Source: an uncultured Gammaproteobacteria bacterium
GTDB taxonomy: Bacteria > Pseudomonadota > Gammaproteobacteria > CAWCPV01
Direction of reading: 5' to 3'
Assembly (NCBI GenBank): GCA_963797555.1
Contig: CAWCPV010000004.1
Location: 480,001-544,000, forward strand
Length of the DNA stretch: 64,000 bases
In this document: positions 23,947-34,300 of the stretch, piece by piece
Numbering within the stretch: position 1 is the stretch's first letter
How the letters are laid out: each line of letters opens with the position of its first letter
Translations under genes and position numbers: made by a program
Notes under the pieces: generated by a model
What the model saw: the letters and a program-made list of their open reading frames with translations, nothing else
Database searches by the model: none
What the model was told of the DNA's origin: nothing

Positions 23947-26644
23947 CGTGGGCTCTCGCCTGCGCGTGCTCATGATCGAGGACTCCGCGAACGACGCGCG
24001 GCTCCTGGAGCGCTCGCTGCGCAAGGAGTGGAGCGACCTCATCGTGCAGCGCGTCGATACGCCCGAAGCGCTGGAGGAAGCCCTGTCGACGCAGGAATGG
24101 GACGTCGTCCTGTCCGACGAAAACATGCCGCGGTTCAGTGCGGGGGCGGCTCTGGACATCCTGAAACGCCGCGGGCTCGCACTCCCTTGCATCGTGGTCT
24201 CCGGCCTGCTCTCGATGGAGGGTGCGGTCGGCCTGATGAAGGCCGGCGCCCACGACTTTGTGCGCAAGGACGACCTGGCCCGGCTGGCGCCGGCGATCCG
24301 TCGCGAGATCAGAGACGCCGAGGTCCGACGGCGTCGGAGGCAGGCAGAGCTGGCGGTCAAGGAGTCGGAGGAGAAGTACCGGCGCCTGGTGGAGAACCTG
24401 GCGAGCGGCTACGTTCTGTACAGCCATGACACCCAGGGCGTGTTCACCTACGTCAGCCCCTCCGTGACTTCTGTGCTCGGCTACTCGCCCGAGGAGTTCC
24501 TGACACATTACGCGGAGCATCTGACCGGCGCGCCCGTCAATCACGGGGTCGTCGAGCACACCGCCGGGACCCTGCGAGGAGAGCCGCAGCCTCCTTATCA
24601 GGTGGAGCTGTGTCACCAGGATGGCTCCCTACGCACCTTCGAGGTCCAGGAGGTGCCGGTCCTCGACGAAAACGGCCAAGTGACCGCCGTCGAGGGCGTG
24701 GCCCATGACGTCACGGCGCAACGACGCATGGTCGCGGCCCTGGCCGCGAGCGAGGAGCGCTTCCGGCTCGCCATGCGCGGGGCCAACGACGGGCTGTGGG
24801 ACTGGAATCTCGAGACCGACGAAGTCTACTACTCACCGCGCTGGAAGAGCATGTTGGGCTATGCCGACGAGGAGGTTGGCGCCAGTCCCGACGAATGGCG
24901 CACACGTCTCCACCCCGACGACTTGGAGCGCGTCTCATCAGCGGCGCAGAGCTACCTCCGCGGGGAGACGGACAGCTATGAGGCGGAGTTCCGGATGCGC
25001 CACAAGGACGGCCATCACGTGGACATCCTCGCCCGCGCGCTTGCGCTGCGCGACGCCCGCGGCAAGGCATTGCGTTTGACGGGGACGCACGTCGATGTCA
25101 GCGAGCGTAACCGGGCGGCACGGGAGCTGCGCGACAGCGAATCACGGGTGCGGCTGCTGCTCGATTCCACCGAGGAAGGGATCTACGCCATCGACACCGC
25201 AGGCGTGTGCACGATGTGCAACCCCGCAGCTGCCCGCCTGCTGGGCTACAGCCAGCCGCAGGCGCTGCTCGGCAAGGTGCTGCATGGGCTCGTCCACCAC
25301 AGCTACCCCGACGGTACCGAGTACCCCACCGAAGCGTGCCGGATCCACCGCGTGGTCCTCGATGGGACTCCGGCCCACAGCGAGGACGAGATGTACTGGC
25401 GGGCAGATGGGACGCGCTTCCCCGCGGAGGTCCGGGCGGCGCCCATTCGCCGGGACGGAGCGATCGTCGGTGCAGTGGTGAGCTTCTTCGACATCACGCA
25501 GCGCAAAGAGACCGAGCGTACCCTGCGGCGCCTCAGCCGCGCCCAGACGGCCTTGTCCCGGTGCAACGCGGCCATGGTGCGCGCCAGCGACGAGGCGGAG
25601 CTGACTCAGGCGGTATGCGATCTCCTGGTCGACGTGGGAGGCTACCGCCTTGCCTGGGTCGGCTCCGCCGAGCCCTCCGGGGATGGGCTGCGCCTGGTGG
25701 TGGTGGCTGGAGATCGCATCGATGTCCTGGAATCGGAGGGGCTCGCGCTGGAAGAAGCGGAACGCGAATTGGCGCGCTGGTGCGCCGCACTCGCTGTTCG
25801 CACCGGCCAGAGGCAGGTGGTTCGCGACCTTTCGCAAGCACCTGACTATGCGGCATTTGCGGCGTGTGGTCACCGTTCCTGTCTGTCCGTGCCGCTGCTC
25901 GACGAAGGCAAGTCCTTCGGTACTCTGAGCGTTCACGCGGCCGAGGTGGACGCATTCGACGCCGAGGAGCTGGCCCTGCTGGAAGAGCTCGCCAGCGATC
26001 TGGCTTACGGAATCCGCATGCTGCGCACTCAGAAGCAGCGGGACGAGGCACATGCTGGACTGGAGAAGTCCCTGCTGCAGACCATCGAGGCGGTGGCCCT
26101 GACCGTGGAGAAGCGCGACCCTTACACGGCAGGCCACCAGCGGCGCGTCGCCCAGCTCGCTGCGGCGATGGCCGAGGACATGGGGCTATCCGAGAGTCGC
26201 GTGCACGGTCTGCGCCTGGGGGCCATGATCCACGATATCGGCAAGATCTACATACCGGCCGAGATCCTCACTCGGCCGGGCAAGCTGTCCGAGGTGGAGT
26301 TCAAGCTGATCCAGACCCATCCCGAGGTGGGTTTCGAGATCATGAGGGGAGTGGAGTTCCCGTGGCCCGTCCAGGCGATGATCCTGCAGCACCATGAACG
26401 CTTGGACGGGTCCGGATACCCGCGGGGTCTGAGAGGAGAAGACATCCTACGCGAGGCCAAGATCCTGGGGGTGGCGGACGTGGTCGAGGCGATGGCCTCC
26501 CACCGACCCTTTCGTGTCGCCTTGGGTATCGAGGTTGCCCTGCAGGAGATCCAGCGCGGCCGGGGCACCCTCTATGACCCCGAAGCGGTGGATTCCTGTG
26601 TCCGGCTCTTCGGGGACGGCCGGTTCAAGTGGGAGAGTGGGTAG
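23936..26644 (+). CDS. REC-PAS-PAS-PAS-GAF-HD-GYP phosphodiesterase
   Basis: [32 protein letters not shown]. Confidence 0.93.
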   Translation: MVADVGSRLRVLMIEDSANDARLLERSLRKEWSDLIVQRVDTPEALEEALSTQEWDVVLSDENMPRFSAGAALDILKRRGLALPCIVVSGLLSMEGAVGLMKAGAHDFVRKDDLARLAPAIRREIRDAEVRRRRRQAELAVKESEEKYRRLVENLASGYVLYSHDTQGVFTYVSPSVTSVLGYSPEEFLTHYAEHLTGAPVNHGVVEHTAGTLRGEPQPPYQVELCHQDGSLRTFEVQEVPVLDENGQVTAVEGVAHDVTAQRRMVAALAASEERFRLAMRGANDGLWDWNLETDEVYYSPRWKSMLGYADEEVGASPDEWRTRLHPDDLERVSSAAQSYLRGETDSYEAEFRMRHKDGHHVDILARALALRDARGKALRLTGTHVDVSERNRAARELRDSESRVRLLLDSTEEGIYAIDTAGVCTMCNPAAARLLGYSQPQALLGKVLHGLVHHSYPDGTEYPTEACRIHRVVLDGTPAHSEDEMYWRADGTRFPAEVRAAPIRRDGAIVGAVVSFFDITQRKETERTLRRLSRAQTALSRCNAAMVRASDEAELTQAVCDLLVDVGGYRLAWVGSAEPSGDGLRLVVVAGDRIDVLESEGLALEEAERELARWCAALAVRTGQRQVVRDLSQAPDYAAFAACGHRSCLSVPLLDEGKSFGTLSVHAAEVDAFDAEELALLEELASDLAYGIRMLRTQKQRDEAHAGLEKSLLQTIEAVALTVEKRDPYTAGHQRRVAQLAAAMAEDMGLSESRVHGLRLGAMIHDIGKIYIPAEILTRPGKLSEVEFKLIQTHPEVGFEIMRGVEFPWPVQAMILQHHERLDGSGYPRGLRGEDILREAKILGVADVVEAMASHRPFRVALGIEVALQEIQRGRGTLYDPEAVDSCVRLFGDGRFKWESG

Positions 26645-27018
26645 ACCGGTCGACGCGTAGCTCTCGCGTGGCGGTCCCTGCGCCCCCTGGCGGTTGGGCC
26701 CCGGATCGAGAAGGGCTGGAATCCGACTGCGGGGTCTACCGGCAGCACCTGCCCGCCAAGACGCTCAGCACGTTTTCCGCGACCTCGCGCCTCACGCCAG
26801 AAAGCGGCCCTGCCCGGTGCCCTTGACACGGCAGGGTGCATCGTCACGGCCGCGGGGCGAGGGGCTAATTCCGCCGCCGTCCGGCCCCGACACCACAGAG
26901 CTTCAACGCCGCCGTCGGCGCGGCGCGCCTCGAACGGCGGCCCGCCTTGACATGCGATATGGGTCGATGTTACCAAGCAGTCGCAGTCAATACCCACAAC
27001 ATGAATGGAGGAGTGCAC

Positions 27019-28527
27019 ATGAACGCCGAGACAAAGCGCAGACCATACGACCGGCGCCGGTGGAGGGGCCTGTGCCTCGCTGCCTGCCTCATCGGAATAA
27101 GCAGTGCCGGGCACGCCGCTGCGGCGACGGCCGAGGCCGGTAAGGCGTGGGGCGACCCGGCCGGCCAGGCATGCATCGCGTGCCACATGACCCAGAGTCC
27201 CGGGCTCTACTGGGAATGGAACAACAGCAAGCACGGCCAGCGGGGCGTCAATTGCTTCGATTGCCACAAGGCGGAGAAGGGAGACATCGACGGTTTCGAG
27301 CATATGGGGCAACGTATCTCCATCATCGTGAGCCCCAAGGACTGCTCGCGCTGTCACAAGACCCAGTACGACCAAATGGAGGGGTCGCACCACGCCAAAG
27401 CCGGCGATATCTTGGCCTCACTGGACAACCTGCTGGGCGAGGTGCTCGGGGGACCGGCCGCGGTGAACGCGGGCTGCCGGCAATGTCACGGCGCCAAGGT
27501 CGAGGTCGGCCCGGATGGCAAACCGACGCCGACCACCTGGCCGAACACGGGGATCGGACGCATCAACCCGGACGGCTCCAAGGGCTCTTGCACCGCTTGC
27601 CACGGTCGTCACGCGTTCAGCCGGGCCCAGGCGCGTACCCCTGACACCTGCGGCAAGTGCCACGTCGGGCCGGACCATCCCCAGCAGGAGGTTTACAACG
27701 AGTCCAAGCACGGAATCCTGTTCCACTCGAATGTCTTCGACATGAACCTCAACTCCGACAAGTGGGTCGCCGGCGTCGACTACTCGGCCGCACCCACCTG
27801 TGCCACCTGCCACATGAGCGCTGCGCCCGGCATCGAGAGGACCCATGATGTCGGCGAGCGCATCTCCTGGACGCTGCGCCCGCCGATTTCGACGAAGATC
27901 AACCTGGTGCGCCTGGCTAACGGCGACGAGTTCGACGTGCCGGAGGGCAAGGAGCTCCCCAAGGTGGGGGCCGAGGTCAAGGGGGCCAAAGTGGTCGAGG
28001 TGCTCACCTGGAAGGAGCGGCGGGCCAAGATGCAGATCGTCTGCAAAGCCTGCCACGCCAGCGGCCTGGTGGAGGGCCATTACAAGCAGTTCGATGACGT
28101 TGTGGATCTCTACGACGACAAGTTCGCCAAGCCCATCGCGGGAGTCATGAACGAACTCGTGAAGGGCGGCTATCTGACGCCGGCCCCCTTCGACGAGCCT
28201 ATCGAGTGGACTTGGTGGGAAATCTGGCACCACGAAGGTCGACGGGCCCGTCACGGAGCGTCCATGAACGGTCCGGACTACACTTGGTGGCACGGACTCT
28301 ACGAGGTGGCCAAGCACACTTACTTCGAGTGGATCCCGCAGCTCAAAGAGGTGGTCAAGAAGAAGGACGGCAACACGAAGAAGGCCAACGAGCTCCTCGC
28401 CAAGTACTTCAAGCCCATCGAGGGCCATGACTGGTACTTCCACGGCCTGAGCAAGGAGCAGATCGAAAAGGTGCGCGAGGGCTACGCGAAGCGCTATGGA
28501 AAGGCCGGCGCGGGTGCCGTGGAGTAG
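27019..28527 (+). CDS. Octaheme HAO-family multiheme cytochrome c (epsilon-Hao-like)
   Basis: Signal peptide; 8 CxxCH motifs (CIACH, CFDCH, CSRCH, CRQCH, CTACH, CGKCH, CATCH, CKACH); GPDHPQ, WHHEGRRARHG, PDYTWWHG. Confidence 0.9.
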   Translation: MNAETKRRPYDRRRWRGLCLAACLIGISSAGHAAAATAEAGKAWGDPAGQACIACHMTQSPGLYWEWNNSKHGQRGVNCFDCHKAEKGDIDGFEHMGQRISIIVSPKDCSRCHKTQYDQMEGSHHAKAGDILASLDNLLGEVLGGPAAVNAGCRQCHGAKVEVGPDGKPTPTTWPNTGIGRINPDGSKGSCTACHGRHAFSRAQARTPDTCGKCHVGPDHPQQEVYNESKHGILFHSNVFDMNLNSDKWVAGVDYSAAPTCATCHMSAAPGIERTHDVGERISWTLRPPISTKINLVRLANGDEFDVPEGKELPKVGAEVKGAKVVEVLTWKERRAKMQIVCKACHASGLVEGHYKQFDDVVDLYDDKFAKPIAGVMNELVKGGYLTPAPFDEPIEWTWWEIWHHEGRRARHGASMNGPDYTWWHGLYEVAKHTYFEWIPQLKEVVKKKDGNTKKANELLAKYFKPIEGHDWYFHGLSKEQIEKVREGYAKRYGKAGAGAVE

Positions 28528-28550
28528 TGCGCTCTAGGTGGTGACGGTGT

Positions 28551-28581
28551 GCTGCCCCTCCCGGAGGCCGGGAGGGGCAGC
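28551..28581. terminator. 14-bp GC hairpin between convergent genes
   Basis: GCTGCCCCTCCCGG-AGG-CCGGGAGGGGCAGC. Confidence 0.6.
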
Positions 28582-28653
28582 GCTTCGCTCTCGCGGGTCC
28601 GGGGCCGGCGGTTTTCTCCGCGAGCCCGAGATTTCGTTCTCGCTGGCGGCGTT

Positions 28654-30690
28654 TCAACGCCCCTTGCGGTACTCCTCCTCCAGTTGCTTCTGGACGCTCG
28701 GTGGCACCGGCTCGTAGTGGCTGAAGTCCATGCGGAAGGTGCCGGCGCCGCCGGTGATCGACTTGAGCTTCGACTCGTAGCCGCCGAGTTCCGCCAGAGG
28801 GACGAGAGCCTTGATGGCGAGGGCCCCGCTCGGCAGGTGGTCGGTCCCGCCGATGCGGGCGCGCCGGGCCGAGAGGTCGCCGGTGATGTCGCCCACGACC
28901 GCGGCGGGCGAGCTGATCTCGACGCTCACGATGGGCTCCAGCACCACGGGCCGCGCGGCCAGGGCCGCCTCCTGCATGGCTTTCTTGCCCGCGGCGATGA
29001 AGGCGACCTCCTTGCCGTCGACCGGGTGGGTCTTGCCATCGTAGACGGTAACCCGGACGTCCTGCAGTGGATGGCCGGCGAGAATGCCTTCCTCCAGCGC
29101 CTCGCGCACGCCTCTCTCCACCGCCGGGATGAACTGATTGGGGATGGCGGCCCCGACGACCTTGTCGACGAACTCGAAGCCGCCGCCACGGGGCAGGGGC
29201 TCGACGCGCAAGTACACCTCGCCGAACTGACCGGCGCCCCCGGTCTGCTTCTTGTGCCGGTGGTGCCCCTCGGCGGGAGCGGTAATGGTCTCCCGGTAAG
29301 GGACGCTCGGTGCATGGGTCTCCACTTCGACGTGGTAGCGGGTCTTGAGGCGCTCCATCACCATGCGCAGGTGCAGCTCCCCCAGTCCCCACAGAATGGT
29401 TTCGTTGCGGGCCTGCTCCAGGCGCAAGCAGGGGTCCTCGTCCAACAGCTTGTGCAGCGCGTCGGCGAGCTTTTGCTCGTCGCCCCGGCGCAGCGGCTCG
29501 ATGGCCAGACCCTGCATCGGGGGCGGACACTCCATGGACTTCAGATGATGGTGGTCCTCGTCGTGGGAGTCGTGCACGACGGCGTCGAAGTGCAGGTCGT
29601 CGACTTTGGCCACGGCGCAGATATCGCCCGCGACGGCGCGGTTCAGCACCGTCTGGCTGTTGCCTTGGAGCCGGTAGAGGTGACCCACCTTGAAGGGCTT
29701 TCGGGCGTCCCCGATGTGGAGTTGGCCGTTGGTGATTACCGTCCCCTGGTGAACGCGGAGCATCGCGAGCTTGCCCTTGTAGGGGTCGTTGCTCACCTTG
29801 AACACGTGGCCGATGACGTGCCGCTCCGGGTCGGGCAGCACTTCTACGGGCGTTGCAGCCGTCCCCTCACCCTTGAGGAACGGCGGGGGATTGCCTTCCG
29901 TGGGGTTGGGCATGAGGCGCGAGAGCACCCGCAGCACCTCGTCCAGCCCGGCGCCCGTGCGTGCCGAGACGAAGCACACCGGGATCAGGTGTCCTTCGCG
30001 CAGCGCCGCCTCGAAGGGCTCGTGGAGCTGATCGGGCTGTAGAGATTCCCCCTGCTCCAGATACAGGGTCATGAGCTCTTCGTCGACCTCCACCACCTGA
30101 TCGACCATGGCCTCGTGGGCCTCCTCCACCGAAGAGAAGTCCACCGGCTGGGCCTGGGGATCGAAGAAGCAGTCCACGACGCGGCGCCCCCCGTCGGCGG
30201 GCAGGTTCAGGGGCAGGCACTCGGAGCCGAATGCCGCGCGGAGGTCCGTGAGCAGTGCCCTGAGGTCGATATCGGGGGAATCTATCTTGTTGACGATGAT
30301 CAGCCGATCCAGCCCTCGCTTGGCCGCGGTCTCCATCATTCGCCGGGTGACGGGCTCGATCCCCGCCGCGGCGCTCACCACGACGGCGGCGGTTTCCACG
30401 GCAGACAGAACGGTGAGGGCACGGCCGAAGAGGTCCGGATGGCCGGGCGTGTCCAGGAGGTTGACGTGGCAGCCGTCGGTCTCGAGATGCAGGAGCGAGG
30501 TGTCGAGGGAATACCCCTGAGCCTGCTCCAGAGGGTCGAAGTCGCTGACCGTGCCGGCGCTCCCCACGCTGCCGGCCTGGGGGATGGCCCCGGCGCGGGC
30601 CAGCAGCGCCTCGGCGAGGGTGGTCTTACCCGCCCCCGTGTGCCCCACGAGGGCGATGTTGCGGATGTCCTTGGTGGCATTGGCGGACAT
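28654..30690 (-). CDS. Divergent elongation factor G-like protein (EF-G2 type)
   Basis: GHTGAGKTT, divergent switch I (QGYSL), DTPGH, NKID, GLGELHL, KKQTGGAGQFG. Confidence 0.88.
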   Translation of the reverse strand: MSANATKDIRNIALVGHTGAGKTTLAEALLARAGAIPQAGSVGSAGTVSDFDPLEQAQGYSLDTSLLHLETDGCHVNLLDTPGHPDLFGRALTVLSAVETAAVVVSAAAGIEPVTRRMMETAAKRGLDRLIIVNKIDSPDIDLRALLTDLRAAFGSECLPLNLPADGGRRVVDCFFDPQAQPVDFSSVEEAHEAMVDQVVEVDEELMTLYLEQGESLQPDQLHEPFEAALREGHLIPVCFVSARTGAGLDEVLRVLSRLMPNPTEGNPPPFLKGEGTAATPVEVLPDPERHVIGHVFKVSNDPYKGKLAMLRVHQGTVITNGQLHIGDARKPFKVGHLYRLQGNSQTVLNRAVAGDICAVAKVDDLHFDAVVHDSHDEDHHHLKSMECPPPMQGLAIEPLRRGDEQKLADALHKLLDEDPCLRLEQARNETILWGLGELHLRMVMERLKTRYHVEVETHAPSVPYRETITAPAEGHHRHKKQTGGAGQFGEVYLRVEPLPRGGGFEFVDKVVGAAIPNQFIPAVERGVREALEEGILAGHPLQDVRVTVYDGKTHPVDGKEVAFIAAGKKAMQEAALAARPVVLEPIVSVEISSPAAVVGDITGDLSARRARIGGTDHLPSGALAIKALVPLAELGGYESKLKSITGGAGTFRMDFSHYEPVPPSVQKQLEEEYRKGR

Positions 30691-30883
30691 GGCTGGGCTC
30701 CTGTGCGATTCTGCTTTTCAGTATACCTGCCGGAGGCCGTTCAGGCCGCTCGCCTCGGGGGTCGATAGGCCGATAGGGTGCGGCCATCGGCAGCCCCGCC
30801 TGCGAGAGCATCCGCTGGCGCTGGCGGATGCCGCCAAGCGCGGATGGCGCTTCGCTCGTGCTGCGCAGGAGCGCGCCTGAAGG

Positions 30884-30965
30884 CGTCGCGAGCGGTCCGA
30901 GAACGAGGGGCACGGAGCGCAGCGACGAGACCTGATCGAGTAGAGTGGCGAGGAGCGACCGAATG
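30884..30965 (+). repeat. Partial MITE copy
   Basis: CGTCGCGAGCGG..CGGAGCGCAGCGACGAGAC..GGCGAGGAGCGACCGAATG matches about 62488-62568. Confidence 0.75.
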
Positions 30966-31009
30966 ACCGACCCGCAGGTTTCGGGCGCGGCTGGGGGGCG
31001 CCTTGCGGG

Positions 31010-31252
31010 TCAGGCCGATGTCTTCAATAGCGCATACAGCCGGTCTTTCAGGCGCACCCGACGCTTCTTCAGATCCTCGATGGTTTCGTCGGCCACCGGC
31101 TGACCGAGCGCCTCCAGATCCCGGATCTGGGTGTCGATCTCATCGTACTGATCCATGAGCTGTGAGAATGTGCCATACGCCTTCCTCAGCTCATGGATCC
31201 TGCTCTCCAGTTCGGGGAATTCGTGCACTAGATCGTGGGGCTCACCAAGCAT
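31010..31252 (-). CDS. YdcH/DUF465 family protein
   Basis: HDLVHEFPE..LKKRRVRLKDRLY. Confidence 0.85.
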   Translation of the reverse strand: MLGEPHDLVHEFPELESRIHELRKAYGTFSQLMDQYDEIDTQIRDLEALGQPVADETIEDLKKRRVRLKDRLYALLKTSA

Positions 31253-31308
31253 GCTTGTCTCTCCCGCCGCGACGCGCACCGGATGGTATAACACTCGGGC
31301 CATGTTCA

Positions 31309-34300
31309 TCAAACCTCTGGCGGACGCGGCGGACTGCCGCGCTGCTCGAGGATCGGGCGCAGGAACCTCGCGGTGTGGGAGCCCCTGCTGCGGGCGATGC
31401 CTTCCGGCGTGCCCTGGCTGACCACCTGTCCCCCGCCGTCACCGCCCTCCGGCCCGAGATCGATCACCCAGTCCGCCTCGGCGATGACGTCCAGATTGTG
31501 CTCGATGACCACCACCGTGTTGCCGGCGGCCACCAGACGGTGCAGGACGCGGACCAACTTCTCAACGTCCGCCATGTGCAGTCCGATGGTGGGCTCGTCG
31601 AGGACATACAGAGTCTGGGCGCCAGCCGCGGGCCGCTGCTCTCCCCACGCTTCGGGGCCGGTTTCTCCGGCCCCCGGTCTGGCTTTGGCCAGCTCGGTGA
31701 CCAGCTTGATGCGTTGCGCCTCGCCGCCGGAGAGCGTCGGGCTCGGCTGTCCCAGGGTGAGGTAGCCCAGCCCCACGTCTTGAAGCAGGCGAAGGACGTG
31801 GTGCACCGAAGGCTGCGCGGCGAAGAAGGCCGTCGCTTGGTCCACGCTCATGGCGAGCACCTCGCCGATGCTCTGGTCCTTGAAGCTCACCGCCAGCGTT
31901 TCGGGGTTGAACCGCGCCCCGCGGCAGACCTCGCACAGGACTTTGACGTCCGGGAGGAAGCTCATCTCCATGGTCTTGACGCCCTGGCCCTCGCAGGCCG
32001 CACAGCGTCCGCCCGCCACGTTGAAGGAGAACCGGCCTGGGCCATAGCCGCGCATGCGCGCATCAGGCGTTGCCGCGAACAGCCGCCGGATGGCATCCCA
32101 TAATCCGACATAGGTCGCCGGGCAGGAGCGCGGCGTCTTGCCGATAGGGGTCTGGTCCACCTCCAGGACGCGGCGCAGCGCTTCCCAGCCGCGAACTTCC
32201 CGACACCCGTGCAGACGGGCGGCGGAGCGTGGACGTTGCCCGCGGCGGCTGTCGTGGAGCAGTTGCTTCAGGTTCTCGTGCAGTACCTCCCGTACCAGGG
32301 TGCTCTTGCCGCTTCCGCTGACACCGGTCACGCACACGAGCCTCCTCAGGGGGACGCGGACTTGCAGGTCCTTCAGGTTGTGGAGAGCGGCGCCCGTGAT
32401 CGCGAGATGCGGGTCGGTGTCCGGGTCGGTCGGCCTGCGCTCCATCAGCGGGTGGCGCAAGGGCTCGGCCAGAAACCGTCCGGTCACCGACTCGGGGCTG
32501 CGCATCAGCTCTTCCAGGGTGCCCTCGGCGACGACGCGTCCCCCGTTGACGCCGGCCGCGGGACCGAGATCGACCACGTACTCGGCGCGGCGGATGGTGT
32601 CCTCGTCGTGCTCCACCACCACCACGGTGTTGCCTTTGTCCTCCAGGCGTCCCAGGGTGTCGAGGAGCATCCGGTTGTCGCGGGGGTGCAGGCCGATGGT
32701 GGGCTCGTCCAGGATGTAGCACACGCCCCGCAGGTTGGAGCCCAACTGGGATGCCAGGCGGATGCGCTGGGCCTCGCCGCCGGACAGGCTGGGGGCCGAG
32801 CGCTCCAGTGCGAGATAGGAGAGTCCGACCTCCCTCAGGAAGGCCAGCCGCGACCGCAGCTCGGGGAGGATGTCCCGGGCGATCTCGGCCTCGCGCCCGC
32901 GCAGCCTCAGGGAACGGAAGAACCGCTCCGCGGCCGTCACCGACATCTCGGTCAGCTCCGCGATGGAGCGCTCGCGGAAACGCACCGCCAGAGCCTCCGG
33001 GCGCAGCCGTCGCCCGTGGCAGGCCGAGCATGGCCGCTCCTGACCTTCCCACCAGTCGTTCCACCAGATCTCCTCGCCGCTCTGATCGGCCTCGAAGCCG
33101 GGCAGATCCAGCCCGGTGCCGTAACAGCGCTGGCACCAGCCGTGTTTCGAGTTGTAGGAGAACAGACGCGGGTCCAGGGCCTCGAAGCTACGCCCGCAGC
33201 CCGGGCAGGCCCGCCGGGTGGAGAACAGGGCCTCGCCCACGGTCATCGCATCCGAGGAGGGCGTTCCCTCGCCTCGCCTGCCTCGGCGCGCGCGTGCGCC
33301 CCCGGCTCCTGCGCCGCCCGCCGCCGCCACCCGCACCACCCCCTTGCCCAGGTCCAGGGCGCGCGCCAGCACCCGGCGCAGCTCCGGCTCGGCCCGGGCG
33401 CCTGCCGTGATCTCGCCGACCGGCAGCTCGATATCGTGCTCCTTGAACCGATCCAGCCTGGGCCAGGGGTCGGTAGGCGTCGGCTCGCCGTCCACCCGGA
33501 AGCTGGAAAAACCCTTGGCGGCTGCCCACTTGGCCAAGTCGGTGTAGTAGCCCTTGCGCGCCACCACCAGCGGGGCGAGCAACGACACCGTGCGGCCGCG
33601 GTAGTCGCGCAGGATACGCGCCAGGATCGTCTCGGGCGTCTGGGGCTCGATGGGCAGGTCGCAGTCCGGGCAATATTGGGTCCCCAGCTTGACGAACAGC
33701 AGCCGCAGGAAGTGGTAGATCTCGGTCATCGTGGCCACGGTGCTCTTCCTGCCGCCGCGGCTGGTGCGCTGCTCGATGGCCACCGTCGGCGGGATGCCGA
33801 AGATGGCGTCCACGTCCGGCCGCGAGGCGGGCTGCACGAACTGCCGGGCATAGGCGTTGAGGGACTCCAGGTAGCGCCGTTGGCCCTCCGCGAACAGGAT
33901 GTCGAAGGCCACCGTGCTCTTTCCGGAGCCGGAAACCCCGGTGATGACAGTGAAACGATCCTGCGGGATGCGGATGTCGACGTTCTTGAGGTTGTGCTCC
34001 CGCGCACGGTGGATGGAGACCGAGTTGTCCCTGGCGGGGCCCGCCGGGCCGCCCGTCTCCGCCACCGCGGCCGGTTCGCGCGAGGGCGCCTCGGCCGGCG
34101 GCACCGCACTGGCGCCGATGCCGGCCTGGATTTCGCGCAGCGCACGGCCGGTGTGGCTGGTGGCGTGGGCTGCGACCTCCTGGGGCGTGCCCGTGCACAC
34201 CACCTGGCCGCCCGCGTCGCCACCCTCCGGGCCGAGATCGATGATCCAGTCGGCGGCGCGGATGACCTCCAGGTTGTGCTCGATCACCAGCAGGGAGTGC

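Noticed and set aside
14470-25110. Similar PAS modules ([22 protein letters not shown]) in two signalling genes
   Set aside because: Common conserved PAS subtype; ordinary paralogy.
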